Origin: Candidatus Nealsonbacteria bacterium
GTDB taxonomy: Bacteria; Patescibacteriota; Minisyncoccia; Minisyncoccales; MHMH01
Reading direction: 5' to 3'
DNA length: 64,000 nt
NCBI GenBank assembly: GCA_016188865.1
Contig: JACPGX010000005.1
Location: 9,188-73,187 of the forward strand
Shown here: piece after piece, positions 48,772-58,575 of the stretch
Layout: the number at the start of each line of letters is the position of its first letter
Position numbering within the stretch: position 1 is the first letter of the stretch
Translations under genes and position numbers: made by a program
Notes under the pieces: generated by a model
What the model was told of the DNA's origin: nothing
The model's input: the letters and a program-made list of their open reading frames with translations, nothing else
Database searches by the model: none

Positions 48772-49037
48772 TTAACAGCTGTGTATTTCTTCTTTTGATA
48801 ATTCTTTCAAACATCTTTCGCAGTGCACTACCGCGTAGTATATTGTAAGTACTTCTCTTCCAGCACTACGTTCTTCAACTTTTTTCTTTGCCTTTAATTG
48901 TGGATAGTGACCCAATGCCTCACAAATTTGTTTAGCTGTATGTGGTTGTTGTATTAACGCTTGTCCCATTTCGGACAAAATTGTGCTTCTCTCGCATCAG
49001 TAACGATTCCATGTTGACGACATACTCTTACATTCAT
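48772..49037 (-). pseudogene. Frameshifted zinc-ribbon protein gene
   Basis: SD-led ATG 49037 gives ...QFCPK; adding one base near 48967 joins it to GQALIQ... and restores FCPKCG. Confidence 0.55.
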
Positions 49038-49156
49038 GGTTTCCCTCCTGCAAAATACAGATTTTAAAGTCCTATCATGAAAATGCCATGGAAAGTTTAA
49101 GGGCGTCAAGTTTTTGCGGGGGCTCTAATTGTGCTAAACTTATTTTACAATATTTT

Positions 49157-49198
49157 GGATATCCGAAATCCGTCTGAATATTGCGGATTTCGGAAATC
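49157..49198. repeat. Inverted doublet of GAWWTC-S-GAWATC palindromes
   Basis: ggatatccgaaatccg ... cggatttcggaaatc. Confidence 0.65.
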
Positions 49199-49204
49199 AT
49201 TACC

Positions 49205-50071
49205 ATGAAAAGAAATTACGTTTTTATTATTTTGGTAATTTTGGTGGGCTTGAATATCCTCGCTTGGATTGCGGTTTATGATTTACGGCCACAGGGGCTG
49301 GAGGTGACTTTTTTTGATGTGGGACAGGGGGATGCGGCGTTTATTGAAACGCCATCGCGTCAGCAGATTTTAATTGACGGAGGCCCGTCTTCCGCCATTC
49401 TTGAGAAACTTGGGCAGGAGATGCCTTTCTGGGACAGGACGATTGATTGGGTGATTTTAAGCCACCCGGAGAAAGATCATTTAGCCGGACTACTTGAGGT
49501 TCTGAAAAGTTATAAAGTGGAAAATATTTTGTGGACCGGCATTGTGCGCGATACGGCCGAATATAAAGAATGGCAAAGATTAATTAAAGAAGAAGGTGCC
49601 AATATTTTTATCGCTAAAACTAACCAGCAAATTATACTCGGAAAATCTTACGAGGCGAAGCCTCGTAAGATTGAGATATTGTATCCGTTTGAGAGTTTGG
49701 AGGGTAAAGAGCTAAAAGATAGCAATGATAGTTCTATTGTGGCCAGATTGGTTTTTGGTTCAACCTCGTTTTTGTTCACCGGCGACGCCACTAAATCCGT
49801 CGAAAAAGAGCTTGTGCTAGGCCCGACCCCGCACAACCTAAAGGCGGAGGTGTTGAAGGTGGGACATCATGGGAGCAAGACTTCCACATCTCGAGAGTTT
49901 GTTGAGGCAGTGTCGCCAGAAATTGCCGTGATTTCCGCAGGTAAAAATAATAAATATGGCCATCCCCATCAGGAAGTTCTGGACAATTTAGCTGGCGTAA
50001 AAATTTTGCGCACCGATATCGACGGCGATATTAAAATAATAAGCGACAGAATTAGTTATCAGTTAAAGTAA
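49205..50071 (+). CDS. comEC: ComEC/Rec2 metallo-beta-lactamase domain protein
   Basis: FFDVGQGDA, LIDGG, SHPEKDH, NDSS, FTGD, KVGHHGS, YGHPH. Confidence 0.9.
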   Translation: MKRNYVFIILVILVGLNILAWIAVYDLRPQGLEVTFFDVGQGDAAFIETPSRQQILIDGGPSSAILEKLGQEMPFWDRTIDWVILSHPEKDHLAGLLEVLKSYKVENILWTGIVRDTAEYKEWQRLIKEEGANIFIAKTNQQIILGKSYEAKPRKIEILYPFESLEGKELKDSNDSSIVARLVFGSTSFLFTGDATKSVEKELVLGPTPHNLKAEVLKVGHHGSKTSTSREFVEAVSPEIAVISAGKNNKYGHPHQEVLDNLAGVKILRTDIDGDIKIISDRISYQLK

Positions 50072-50088
50072 AATTAAAAATGTGCAAC

Positions 50089-50481
50089 CTACGATGCCGC
50101 ACATTTTATTTGGTTTTCCACCGCCATTTTTAACAAGATATATCTTTTTTTTACTGCGGAAGGCAAGCGTGAGCGTATTTTTTCGATATTTTTTACGATT
50201 TCTATTTTTGAGATAACGGTGCCATTCGGGAATTGCTCTTTTGTAAAATCTATTTCTCGGCTATCAGGAAGCAGATTCCAATAATGCGGCTCGATAACAT
50301 GCAGAGGTTCTATATTAGCCCTTCCCATTATTATATCTCCGCCTAAAAGATCCTGAGCCACCAAAGCGCTTACTACGCATTGAGTCCAGGCGGGATTTTC
50401 CTGTTTCCACCCCCACGGGTCTCCAGCCGTTTCTTTTGACCAGCATTTTTTAAAAATTTCCAACAATTCTTCAGGCGTCAT
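50089..50481 (-). CDS. YunG-like protein
   Basis: WSKET...NPA..QCVVSALVAQD..GGDI...HYWN...IDFTKEQF. Confidence 0.75.
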   Translation of the reverse strand: MTPEELLEIFKKCWSKETAGDPWGWKQENPAWTQCVVSALVAQDLLGGDIIMGRANIEPLHVIEPHYWNLLPDSREIDFTKEQFPNGTVISKIEIVKNIEKIRSRLPSAVKKRYILLKMAVENQIKCAAS

Positions 50482-50555
50482 TTAACCTCCTTCTTGAATT
50501 ATTAACGTGCGTGTGCTAATCTATAATAAATAATTTATAAAAATATTGCAATCAT

Positions 50556-51152
50556 ATGGCAAGCAAAAATCCGCAAGAGGAAAAAACAGTTTTAATTATT
50601 AAACCTGATGGCGTAAAAAGGGGATTGACCGGCGAGATTATTTCTCGCATAGAACAGAGAGGATTAAAAATTATCGCCCTGGAAATGGTGCAAGCCACCA
50701 GAGAACAGGTTGACGGACACTACCCAAAAGATCCGGCTTGGATTAAGAGATTAGGTGAAAAGTCCATCAATACATATAAAGAGCACGGCATGGATCCGAA
50801 AGAAGAGTTAGGCACAGATGATCCGGCTAAAATCGGCGAGTTTGTCAGGAGCTGGCTATTAGACTTTTTAACTTCAGGGCCGGTAGTTAAAATGATAGTT
50901 AAAGGAATTAGGGCTGTAGCCATGATAAGAAAAATAGCCGGCCAGACTATGCCGACTATGGCTGAAATGGGCACTATTCGCGGAGATTTTTCTGTAGACG
51001 ATGCAGCAGCTGCCAACAGAGGCAAGAGGGCTGTCCACAATATTGTTCATGCTTCAGAAACTCCGGAAGAAGCGGAACATGAAATAGACTTTTGGTTCGC
51101 CGCAGATGATATTCATGATTACAAACGAGCGGAAGAAGATATAATGTTCTAA
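50556..51152 (+). CDS. ndk: Nucleoside diphosphate kinase
   Basis: IKPDGVKRGL.GEII.R, GTIRGDF, NIVHAS. Confidence 0.95.
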   Translation: MASKNPQEEKTVLIIKPDGVKRGLTGEIISRIEQRGLKIIALEMVQATREQVDGHYPKDPAWIKRLGEKSINTYKEHGMDPKEELGTDDPAKIGEFVRSWLLDFLTSGPVVKMIVKGIRAVAMIRKIAGQTMPTMAEMGTIRGDFSVDDAAAANRGKRAVHNIVHASETPEEAEHEIDFWFAADDIHDYKRAEEDIMF

Positions 51153-51155
51153 AAC

Positions 51156-51183
51156 AAAACCAGCCCCGAGTGGGGCTGGTTTT
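51156..51183. terminator. Bidirectional terminator
   Basis: aaaaccagcccc-gagt-ggggctggtttt. Confidence 0.85.
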
Positions 51184-51186
51184 TGG

Positions 51187-51375
51187 TTAACGACCGAATC
51201 TTGAATTTCTCCTCTTTTGCCAACAATCTCGGCAATAGATTGGTCTGTCAGCGGCTGGTTGGAATGGAAGCTCGGTTATTGGAGTTTCGCATTCAGAACA
51301 TTTCCAGTCTCCTTTGACCATTTCTCTCGGAGGAAAATCTCTCCTCGGTTGATCACCGTCAAATTTCTTGAACAT
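51187..51375 (-). CDS. CxxC-x17-CxxC zinc-binding protein
   Basis: CSEC...LPFQP..DRPIYCRDC. Confidence 0.88.
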   Translation of the reverse strand: MFKKFDGDQPRRDFPPREMVKGDWKCSECETPITELPFQPAADRPIYCRDCWQKRRNSRFGR

Positions 51376-51551
51376 AATGATTTTGTTAAAAATAAAACGA
51401 CCTTTTTGCCTAAGTCGCTTTATCTTTTGGGGATACCTCGACTTAAACGTTTCTAAGTAGTATTATACTCCTCTTGATTTTTTTGTCAATAGGCGTATAA
51501 TAAAGCGTACCAAGAGTACTTTGTAAATTTTATTTTTGGGAGGAGAAAAAT

Positions 51552-53177
51552 ATGGAAAACGGAAAACCAGTTGTTGTTTCTTCTGCCTTCGAAGTAATGC
51601 TTGGCCAAAAATTTCACACTTACGCCGGCGGTTTGGGAGCAGTCCATGGCGCTATTTTAAAGTCAGCCGGCAGAAATGATTGGCCAGTTAATATGTATGG
51701 TTTGAGCATGCTTTGGAAAGATGGATACTATGATCAGAAAGTCGGGCCTAGCGGGATGATCACTGACGAGGATAAAATATATAAATCTCGCAGTTACGAT
51801 TTTTTGGAAGACACGGGCGTTAGGGTCCGGGTTATTATTGACGGCCACTCTAATATTATCAAAGTTTGGCGCTTGCCGCCCGAAGTTTTTAAAACAGTGC
51901 CGATATTTTTTCTAGATACCGACATCAGCGGGAACGATCATCTGGCAAGGTCGATAACTCAAAGACTTTATACTGGCAATGAAAGGCAAAGATTAGCCCA
52001 AGAAATTGTTAAAGGCATTGGTGGAGTAAGGGCGCTGGAGGCTTTAGGCATTAAACCTGATTTATACCACGGCCACGAATGCCATTCTTTGCTTATTGCC
52101 GCAGAGATTTTAAGGCAGAATATGGCTTTGGGGATGTCTTTTGAGGAAGCGCAAGAAGCGACCAGGCAAAAATTTGTCTTTGCAACTCATACGCCCGAAC
52201 TTGGCGGCAATGAGGAGCATGATATTGATTTAATGATTAAAATGGGCTGTTTCCCCGATATTCCTAGAGATAAACTCATAGGTTTAGGCGGTAATCCATT
52301 TAGTATGACGGTTGCCGGCTTACGGCTTGCTAAAAGAGCTAACGCTGTTTCAGAGCTTCATTGCCAAACGGCCAATGCCATGTGGCAGCATGTTGATGGC
52401 CGCTGTCAGATTGTTCCCGTAACCAACGGAGTTGATCTAGATTGGCAGTACCCGGAGTTTGCTAAAGCAGATTCGGCTGAGGCAATAATATTAGCTAAAG
52501 AAAAATACCAAACCATTCTCTTCAGGCATATTTTTAAGAGAACCGGTAAACAGCTCGACGAAAATATTTTAACCATAGTTTGGGCAAGAAGATTCGCTGA
52601 GTACAAAAGGCCATGGCTTATTTTTGACATGGATTGGCCTTGGATAGAAAAATTACTTAAAGAAAGAAAAATACAAATTATAATTGCTGGTAAGCCCCAT
52701 CCTAACGATCAGAAGGCGGTCAATACCTTTAATTGGCTCTACCGTAGAAGCCTTGATACGCCCGGTTTGGTTGTTTTGGCAGGGTATGAATACTGGTTGA
52801 GCAAGATTCTTAAGGCAGGAGCTGATCTTTGGTTTCAGTGTCCTCGCCGGCCGCGCGAAGCTTGCGGCACTTCCTGGATATCAGCCAACTTTAACGGGAC
52901 TTTGGTCCTCTTCAGTTTAGATGGCGGAATTTTACAAAGCGCCAACATGAAATACGGTTTTCCATTTGGCGTAGACTATAAATGCAGCTTCAGCGGTGAG
53001 CAGGATAAACTGGATTTTCAGGATTTAGTTAAGGTTCTGCCTAATCCCATAGATATGTTTTACAATGACAAGTCGCAATGGTATCAGTGGGTTTTGGCTG
53101 TTAAAAAAGATGCCGTGCAGAATTTCAATAGCGATAGGATGCTTAGAGATTATATTAATTCAATATATTTATCGTAA
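51552..53177 (+). CDS. glgP: Alpha-glucan phosphorylase (short type)
   Basis: YAGGLG, GGVRAL, VSELH, TNGV, ARRFAEYKR, EACGTS. Confidence 0.9.
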   Translation: MENGKPVVVSSAFEVMLGQKFHTYAGGLGAVHGAILKSAGRNDWPVNMYGLSMLWKDGYYDQKVGPSGMITDEDKIYKSRSYDFLEDTGVRVRVIIDGHSNIIKVWRLPPEVFKTVPIFFLDTDISGNDHLARSITQRLYTGNERQRLAQEIVKGIGGVRALEALGIKPDLYHGHECHSLLIAAEILRQNMALGMSFEEAQEATRQKFVFATHTPELGGNEEHDIDLMIKMGCFPDIPRDKLIGLGGNPFSMTVAGLRLAKRANAVSELHCQTANAMWQHVDGRCQIVPVTNGVDLDWQYPEFAKADSAEAIILAKEKYQTILFRHIFKRTGKQLDENILTIVWARRFAEYKRPWLIFDMDWPWIEKLLKERKIQIIIAGKPHPNDQKAVNTFNWLYRRSLDTPGLVVLAGYEYWLSKILKAGADLWFQCPRRPREACGTSWISANFNGTLVLFSLDGGILQSANMKYGFPFGVDYKCSFSGEQDKLDFQDLVKVLPNPIDMFYNDKSQWYQWVLAVKKDAVQNFNSDRMLRDYINSIYLS

Positions 53178-53208
53178 AGAGGCGAAAGCCTCTTTTTATT
53201 TGACATTG

Positions 53209-53231
53209 CTTGCCCTGAGCCTGTCGAAGGG
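53209..53231 (-). repeat. Repeat copy forming the -35/spacer region of a promoter
   Basis: cttgccctgagcctgtcgaaggg; TTGCCC (53210)-N17-TATAAT (53233). Confidence 0.75.
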
Positions 53232-53243
53232 GTATAATATAAT

Positions 53244-53376
53244 AACCTGCTCGTTCTAGTAGATTCTGGGACAAACTTTCTTTCAGGGAGCCTTATATCT
53301 TGTCTCGCTTTGGCGGGGCATTGCGGGCACCCACTTGGATTATCATCCGGAAAGAATTCTCTAGTTGGGGCAGGTT
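53244..53376 (+). ncRNA. ssrS: Probable 6S RNA (compact, ~133 nt)
   Basis: Rod-like fold: AACCTGCTC/GGGGCAGGTT closing stem, pyrimidine-rich bubble, GGGAGCC/GGCACCC helix followed by AC as in Firmicutes-type 6S RNAs, apical TGTCTCGC-TTTG-GCGGGGCA. Confidence 0.7.
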
Positions 53377-53381
53377 TTTAT

Positions 53382-54311
53382 ATGCTTTCTTCTTTAATCA
53401 TCATTCTCGGGCTAATTGTTTTTGAGGTAGTTAACAGCGTTGATAATGCGATTGTTAACGCCCATGTCCTCAAAACAATGTCGGTGAAGTGGCGCAAAAT
53501 TTTCCTTCTCTGGGGCATTTTTACTGCCGTGTTTGTGGTGAGAGGATTATTGCCATTAACCATTGTTTGGCTTTCAATGCCAGAAATAGGTTTTTGGAGA
53601 GTATTAAAATCGGTTATCCAAAGTCCTCCGGAAATCGCCAGACTTTTTGAGGAAAGGGAAGGAATAATTTTAATTGGAGCCGGAGTATTCTTACTTTTAC
53701 TGTATTTGCACTGGCTTTTTTTAGAGAAAAAAGACCCTTATTTCATTCCCGATAAATTGATAAAGCCTCATTACGGAATCTGGTTTTTCGCTTTAGCGGC
53801 AATAATTTTAGTGACATTGCTTTATTTAGCTCGCTCTTCTTTTCACATAATGCTGGCGGCCGCAATAGGCAACGCGGCTTTTTTCCTGCTTTACGGCTTC
53901 AAAGAGCAAGCGGCAAAACAGGAAGAAACAATAGGCCATGCCAAAACTCATCTTTCCGATTTTTCCAAATTAATGTTTCTGGAATTGCTCGATACTTCCT
54001 TCAGTTTTGACGGAGTAATGGGCGCTTTTGCTTTTACCACAAGCATACCTTTAATTTTTATTGGCAATGGCATTGGAGCTTTGGTGGTTAGGGAGCTGAC
54101 GATTAAGGGAATTGATAGAGTAGCGAAATATCGCTGGCTTAAAAATGGTGCCATGACTTCTATCGGGCTTCTTGGATTATTTTTGATTTTGAAAAGTTTT
54201 GGTTTGCACATCCCCGAATATATCCCAACTTTCTCCACTATTTTTTTGGTCGGCCTAACCTTTTGGAAATCCCACAGAGATTTAAAGAATAATAAAACAG
54301 CATCTTTATAA
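53382..54311 (+). CDS. TerC-like / DUF475 membrane protein
   Basis: FEVVNSVDNAIVNA; LELLDTSFSFDGVMGAFAFT. Confidence 0.88.
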   Translation: MLSSLIIILGLIVFEVVNSVDNAIVNAHVLKTMSVKWRKIFLLWGIFTAVFVVRGLLPLTIVWLSMPEIGFWRVLKSVIQSPPEIARLFEEREGIILIGAGVFLLLLYLHWLFLEKKDPYFIPDKLIKPHYGIWFFALAAIILVTLLYLARSSFHIMLAAAIGNAAFFLLYGFKEQAAKQEETIGHAKTHLSDFSKLMFLELLDTSFSFDGVMGAFAFTTSIPLIFIGNGIGALVVRELTIKGIDRVAKYRWLKNGAMTSIGLLGLFLILKSFGLHIPEYIPTFSTIFLVGLTFWKSHRDLKNNKTASL

Positions 54312-54326
54312 AAAAGATGCTGTTTT
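54294..54326. terminator. Bidirectional terminator
   Basis: aaaacagcatcttt...aaagatgctgtttt. Confidence 0.8.
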
Positions 54327-54330
54327 ACAT

Positions 54331-54402
54331 TCGGGGCGCTGGGAGTTGAACCCAGGTCACAGGACCCCCAGCCCTGCATAATGGCCGTTATACTACGCCC
54401 CG
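54331..54402 (-). tRNA. tRNA-Pro(GGG)
   Basis: CGGGGCG/CGCCCCG acceptor, CAGGG-CTGGGGG-TCCTG anticodon arm, CTGGG-TTCAACT-CCCAG T-arm. Confidence 0.95.
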
Positions 54403-54422
54403 CCTTCGCTCGCGAATGAGTA

Positions 54423-54611
54423 TTATTTCTTTTTTGCCAGAGTTTTGATGCACTGAGTGCAAGCCTTAACTCTTTTACCGGATGCCAAAGCCATCCACTG
54501 AATGTTTGGGAATTTTCTTTTTTTAACGGTTGGATTGTATTTGCCGCGGAGTTTTTTTAGAGTCCAAGCCATTATTGATTTTTTTCCGCAAATTGCGCAT
54601 TGTTTACTCAT
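54423..54611 (-). CDS. rpmB: 50S ribosomal protein L28
   Basis: MSKQCAICGK...KRKFPNIQ...ACTQCIK. Confidence 0.9.
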   Translation of the reverse strand: MSKQCAICGKKSIMAWTLKKLRGKYNPTVKKRKFPNIQWMALASGKRVKACTQCIKTLAKKK

Positions 54612-54637
54612 GGTATGCATGATATCATAAAAGAATT

Positions 54638-55240
54638 ATGTTGACAATATTTGTCTTAATTATTTTATTTTTTTCAATTGTTATTCACGAGATAGCCCAT
54701 GGCTCGGTAGCTTTGCATTTGGGCGATCCCACAGCGAAGAATGCAGGCCGCCTTACCCTGAATCCGTTAAAACACATTGATTTGTTCGGAACAATTGTTT
54801 TGCCTTTAATGCTTTTATTTTTCACGCAAGGCCAAGGCCCTATTATCGGGTGGGCTAAGCCGGTGCCGATAAATCCTTTTAATTTCAGAGATCAAAAGTG
54901 GGGCGGACTGAAAGTCGGAGTAGCCGGTTGCGTTATGAACTTTTTGGTAGCTGTAATTTTTGGCTTAGCTGTCAGATTTTTACCATTGCCAAGCACTCTA
55001 GTCATGCTTTTTTCCATAGTCGTCCTTTATAATTTCGCTTGGGGAATTTTTAATTTATTCCCAGTGCCGCCATTTGACGGCTCGCACATTCTTTTTGCCT
55101 TGATTCCTGAAAAGTTCAGCCAATTCAAATTATTCCTGCAAAAATACGGCCTCTTTATCATATTTTTATTTATCTTCTTCGGCTTGCAGTGGGTCTTCAT
55201 CGCCGCCAATTTGCTAACCTCTCTCATTATCGGCCAGTAG
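54638..55240 (+). CDS. Site-2 protease (M50)
   Basis: HEIAHG, GDPTAK..GRLTLNP, FNLFPVPPFDG. Confidence 0.92.
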   Translation: MLTIFVLIILFFSIVIHEIAHGSVALHLGDPTAKNAGRLTLNPLKHIDLFGTIVLPLMLLFFTQGQGPIIGWAKPVPINPFNFRDQKWGGLKVGVAGCVMNFLVAVIFGLAVRFLPLPSTLVMLFSIVVLYNFAWGIFNLFPVPPFDGSHILFALIPEKFSQFKLFLQKYGLFIIFLFIFFGLQWVFIAANLLTSLIIGQ

Positions 55241-55285
55241 GCGGTTCATTGACATATTTTTTGTTATTTGCTAAATTAAGAATCG

Positions 55286-55696
55286 ATGCCTACAATACAG
55301 CAGTTAATTAAAAGAGGGAGAGTAAAGGGAAAAAAGAAAGACACAACGCCTGCCCTGACTTTTGGTTTTAATGTTTTGAAAAATAGGCCGACAGAATATT
55401 CTTCGCCTTTTAAAAGGGGAGTGTGCTTAAAAGTTTTTACTACCACTCCTAAAAAACCAAATTCTGCTTTGAGAAAAGTAGCGCGGGTTAGATTAACTAA
55501 CGGCATGGAGGTGACAGCTTATATCCCCGGGGAAGGCCATAATTTGCAGGAGCACTCGGTGGTGGTGATCAGGGGAGGAAGAGTTAAGGATTTGCCCGGA
55601 GTCAGATACCATATAGTAAGAGGAATGCTGGATACTGCAGGCATTGAAGGGAGAAAGCAGGAAAGAAGCAAATATGGAACAAAACGCGCTAAATAA
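55286..55696 (+). CDS. rpsL: 30S ribosomal protein S12
   Basis: [21 protein letters not shown]. Confidence 0.99.
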   Translation: MPTIQQLIKRGRVKGKKKDTTPALTFGFNVLKNRPTEYSSPFKRGVCLKVFTTTPKKPNSALRKVARVRLTNGMEVTAYIPGEGHNLQEHSVVVIRGGRVKDLPGVRYHIVRGMLDTAGIEGRKQERSKYGTKRAK

Positions 55697-55698
55697 TT

Positions 55699-56166
55699 AT
55701 GAGCAGACGCAAAAAAAGAGAAAATAGAAATATTCAGCCCGATACCGTTTATAACAACGTGATGGTTTCCATATTGATGAACCATATCATGGAACGGGGC
55801 AAGAAAAATACAGCCAGGAAAATTGTCTACGGCGCTTTTGACATTATTAAAAAGACCAATCAAGATCCCCTGGATATTTTTAATAAAGCAATCCAAAATA
55901 CTTCGCCTTTATTGGAAATAAAGCCCAAAAGAATCGGCGGAGCCACCTATCAGGTGCCTACGGAGGTTAGGGGGGACAGGAAAACAACCCTATCAATGAG
56001 GTGGATAATTAATGCTGCCAGATCCAAAAAAGGTAAACCGATGAAAAGTAAACTAGCTGAAGAATTGATGCTGGCCGCCAAAAATGAAGGGTCAGCAATT
56101 AAAAAGAGAGACGACGTCCACAGAATGGCCGAAGCAAATAGAGCATTTGCTCATTTTGCCTGGTAG
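55699..56166 (+). CDS. rpsG: 30S ribosomal protein S7
   Basis: [20 protein letters not shown]. Confidence 0.99.
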   Translation: MSRRKKRENRNIQPDTVYNNVMVSILMNHIMERGKKNTARKIVYGAFDIIKKTNQDPLDIFNKAIQNTSPLLEIKPKRIGGATYQVPTEVRGDRKTTLSMRWIINAARSKKGKPMKSKLAEELMLAAKNEGSAIKKRDDVHRMAEANRAFAHFAW

Positions 56167-56171
56167 GTGTT

Positions 56172-58277
56172 ATGCCCAGACAGTACCCAATTGAAAAAAT
56201 TCGTAATATTGGAATTATTGCCCATATTGACGCCGGTAAAACTACTACTACCGAGCGAGTTTTATTTTACACCGGCATCACCCACAAGATTGGCGACATT
56301 GATGAGGGAACAACCGTGATGGACTGGATGGAACAGGAGAGAGAAAGAGGAATTACCATTACTTCTGCAGCTATCACTTGTTTTTGGACTCCGTTGGGCC
56401 TTCCTAAAAATAAAGAGAATGAATATCGGTTTAACATAATTGATACTCCCGGCCACATTGATTTTACCGCTGAAGTGCAAAGATCTTTGAGGGTTTTGGA
56501 CGGAGCTGTTGTTGTTTTTGATGGAGTAGCTGGCGTAGAACCCCAATCGGAAACAGTTTGGCGGCAGGCAGATAAATTTAAAGTTCCAAGAATATGTTTT
56601 ATTAATAAATTAGATAGGATGGGGGCTGATTTTGAAAAAAGCTTGGAATCAATTTGGCAAAAACTCACCCAAGGAGCCGTAGCCATGCAAATTCCCATTG
56701 GTCTTGAGGGCGAACATAAAGGAGTAATTGATTTGCTGGCGATGAAAGCTATAAAATTTGAAGGAGATTTTGGCCAAATAGTGAAAGAAGAAGAAATTCC
56801 TCAAGATTTGCTGGCAAAAGCCAAAGAGTGGCGGGAGAAAATGGTGGAAAAAATCGCCGGCGAAGATGAGCAGCTCACCGAAAAATTTTTATCCGGGAAA
56901 GAAATTAACATTGATGATTTAAAGAGAGTTTTGAGAAAAGCAGTTTTGGAATATAGATTGGTGCCGGTGTTTTGCGGCTCTTCTTTGAAAAATAAAGGAG
57001 TTCAGCCTGTTTTGGATGCAGTGGTATATTATTTGCCAAATCCGCTTGATCTTCCGCCGGTAAAAGGCCAAGATCCTAGAACCGGCGAATCTCTTGAAAG
57101 AAAAGCTGATGACAAAGAACCTTTTTCCGCATTAGCTTTTAAAATAGCCACAGACCCCTATGTTGGAGCTTTAACTTTTTTCCGCGTTTATTCCGGAACG
57201 CTGCTAAGAGGTTCTTATGTTTTGAATACTGCCACTGGCGAGAAAGAAAGAATCAGCCGAATTTTAAGGATGCACGCCAATGAAAGAGAAGAGGTGGAAG
57301 AACTTTATGCCGGCGATATTGCAGCTACCGTAGGTTTAAAAAGTACTGGCACTGGCCACACTTTATGCGACGAAGCTCATCCCATTGTTTTAGAAAAGAT
57401 TTCATTTCCAGAGCCTGTCATTTCTATCAAAATTGAACCTAAAACTAAAGCCGACCAGGAAAGAATGGGGCTATCCCTGAAGAGATTGTCAGAAGAAGAC
57501 CCGACTTTTAAAATAAAAAGCGATTTAGAAACAGGAGAAACTCTTATTGCCGGCATGGGCGAACTTCATTTGGAGATTCTCGTTGATAGATTGAAGAGAG
57601 AATTTAAAGTTGAAGCAAATGTAGGCAGGCCTCAAGTCGCCTATAAAGAAACAATTAAGCAAGAAGCTGAAGCTGAAGGCAAATATATCAGGCAGTCGGG
57701 CGGCCGCGGGCAATACGGCCACGTTTGGCTGAGAGTTGTTCCTAAAAACCGCGGGGAAGGTTTTGAGTTTATAGATGAAGTCAAAGGAGGCACTATTCCG
57801 CATGAATTTATTCCAGCCGTAGAAAAAGGCATAAAAGAATCTCTGGACAAGGGAGTAGTTGCGGGCTATCCTATAGTTGATATGTCAGCCACTCTTTATG
57901 ACGGTTCTTATCACGAGGTTGATTCTTCAGAGGTGGCTTTTAAAATCGCCGGCTCCATGGCTTTGCAGGCAGCTGTTAAAAAAGCAAAACCAATTTTATT
58001 GGAACCGATTATGAAAATAGAGGTAGTAATTCCCGAAGAATTTTTTGGAGATACCATTGGCGATTTGTCTGCCAGAAGGGGCAAGATCGAACAGACATCT
58101 GACAGAATCAACATGAAAGTAATTGACGCCAAAGTACCCTTATCAGAAATGTTCGGTTATGCCACCGTTTTGAGATCAATGACTGAAGGCCGAGGCACAT
58201 TTACCATGGAGTTTGATAAATATGAGGAAGTGCCCGGAAATATCGCTCAGGAAATAATAGAAGGGAAACGACGGTAA
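56172..58277 (+). CDS. fusA: Elongation factor G
   Basis: [30 protein letters not shown]. Confidence 0.99.
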   Translation: MPRQYPIEKIRNIGIIAHIDAGKTTTTERVLFYTGITHKIGDIDEGTTVMDWMEQERERGITITSAAITCFWTPLGLPKNKENEYRFNIIDTPGHIDFTAEVQRSLRVLDGAVVVFDGVAGVEPQSETVWRQADKFKVPRICFINKLDRMGADFEKSLESIWQKLTQGAVAMQIPIGLEGEHKGVIDLLAMKAIKFEGDFGQIVKEEEIPQDLLAKAKEWREKMVEKIAGEDEQLTEKFLSGKEINIDDLKRVLRKAVLEYRLVPVFCGSSLKNKGVQPVLDAVVYYLPNPLDLPPVKGQDPRTGESLERKADDKEPFSALAFKIATDPYVGALTFFRVYSGTLLRGSYVLNTATGEKERISRILRMHANEREEVEELYAGDIAATVGLKSTGTGHTLCDEAHPIVLEKISFPEPVISIKIEPKTKADQERMGLSLKRLSEEDPTFKIKSDLETGETLIAGMGELHLEILVDRLKREFKVEANVGRPQVAYKETIKQEAEAEGKYIRQSGGRGQYGHVWLRVVPKNRGEGFEFIDEVKGGTIPHEFIPAVEKGIKESLDKGVVAGYPIVDMSATLYDGSYHEVDSSEVAFKIAGSMALQAAVKKAKPILLEPIMKIEVVIPEEFFGDTIGDLSARRGKIEQTSDRINMKVIDAKVPLSEMFGYATVLRSMTEGRGTFTMEFDKYEEVPGNIAQEIIEGKRR

Positions 58278-58282
58278 AACGA

Positions 58283-58339
58283 ATATTTGGGAGGTCCGAC
58301 CTCCCGACAAATATGACGGGAGGTCGGACCTCCTAATAT
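58283..58339. repeat. REPIN-like inverted doublet of palindromes
   Basis: GGGAGGTC-C-GACCTCCC (58289-58305) and GGGAGGTC-G-GACCTCCT (58318-58334). Confidence 0.85.
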
Positions 58340-58356
58340 CGAGAAATCACTTGCTT

Positions 58357-58575
58357 ATGGACATAAACGAAATCAAAAATTTAATAGAAATTGATGGGGG
58401 CAAATTTATCATTGTGGAAAACGGCAAGCCGACGATGGTAGTCACCAGCTTTGAAGACTATAAAAAGAAACTGGTTGAGAAAAGAAATAATCCTGTCAGC
58501 GCTAAAAGAGAAGAAAAACCCATTCCCAAGGAATTAGAATCAGAACCATTGAGGCTTGAAGACTTGCCATTGTAG
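58357..58575 (+). CDS. Small hypothetical protein with Phd/YefM-like N-terminus
   Basis: FIIVENGKPTMVVTSFEDY resembles the Phd antitoxin motif. Confidence 0.6.
   Translation: MDINEIKNLIEIDGGKFIIVENGKPTMVVTSFEDYKKKLVEKRNNPVSAKREEKPIPKELESEPLRLEDLPL

Noticed and set aside
53310..53381. N-terminal extension of the TerC-like ORF from TTG 53310
   Set aside because: It overlaps the 6S-like RNA; ATG 53382 begins the hydrophobic family-typical sequence.
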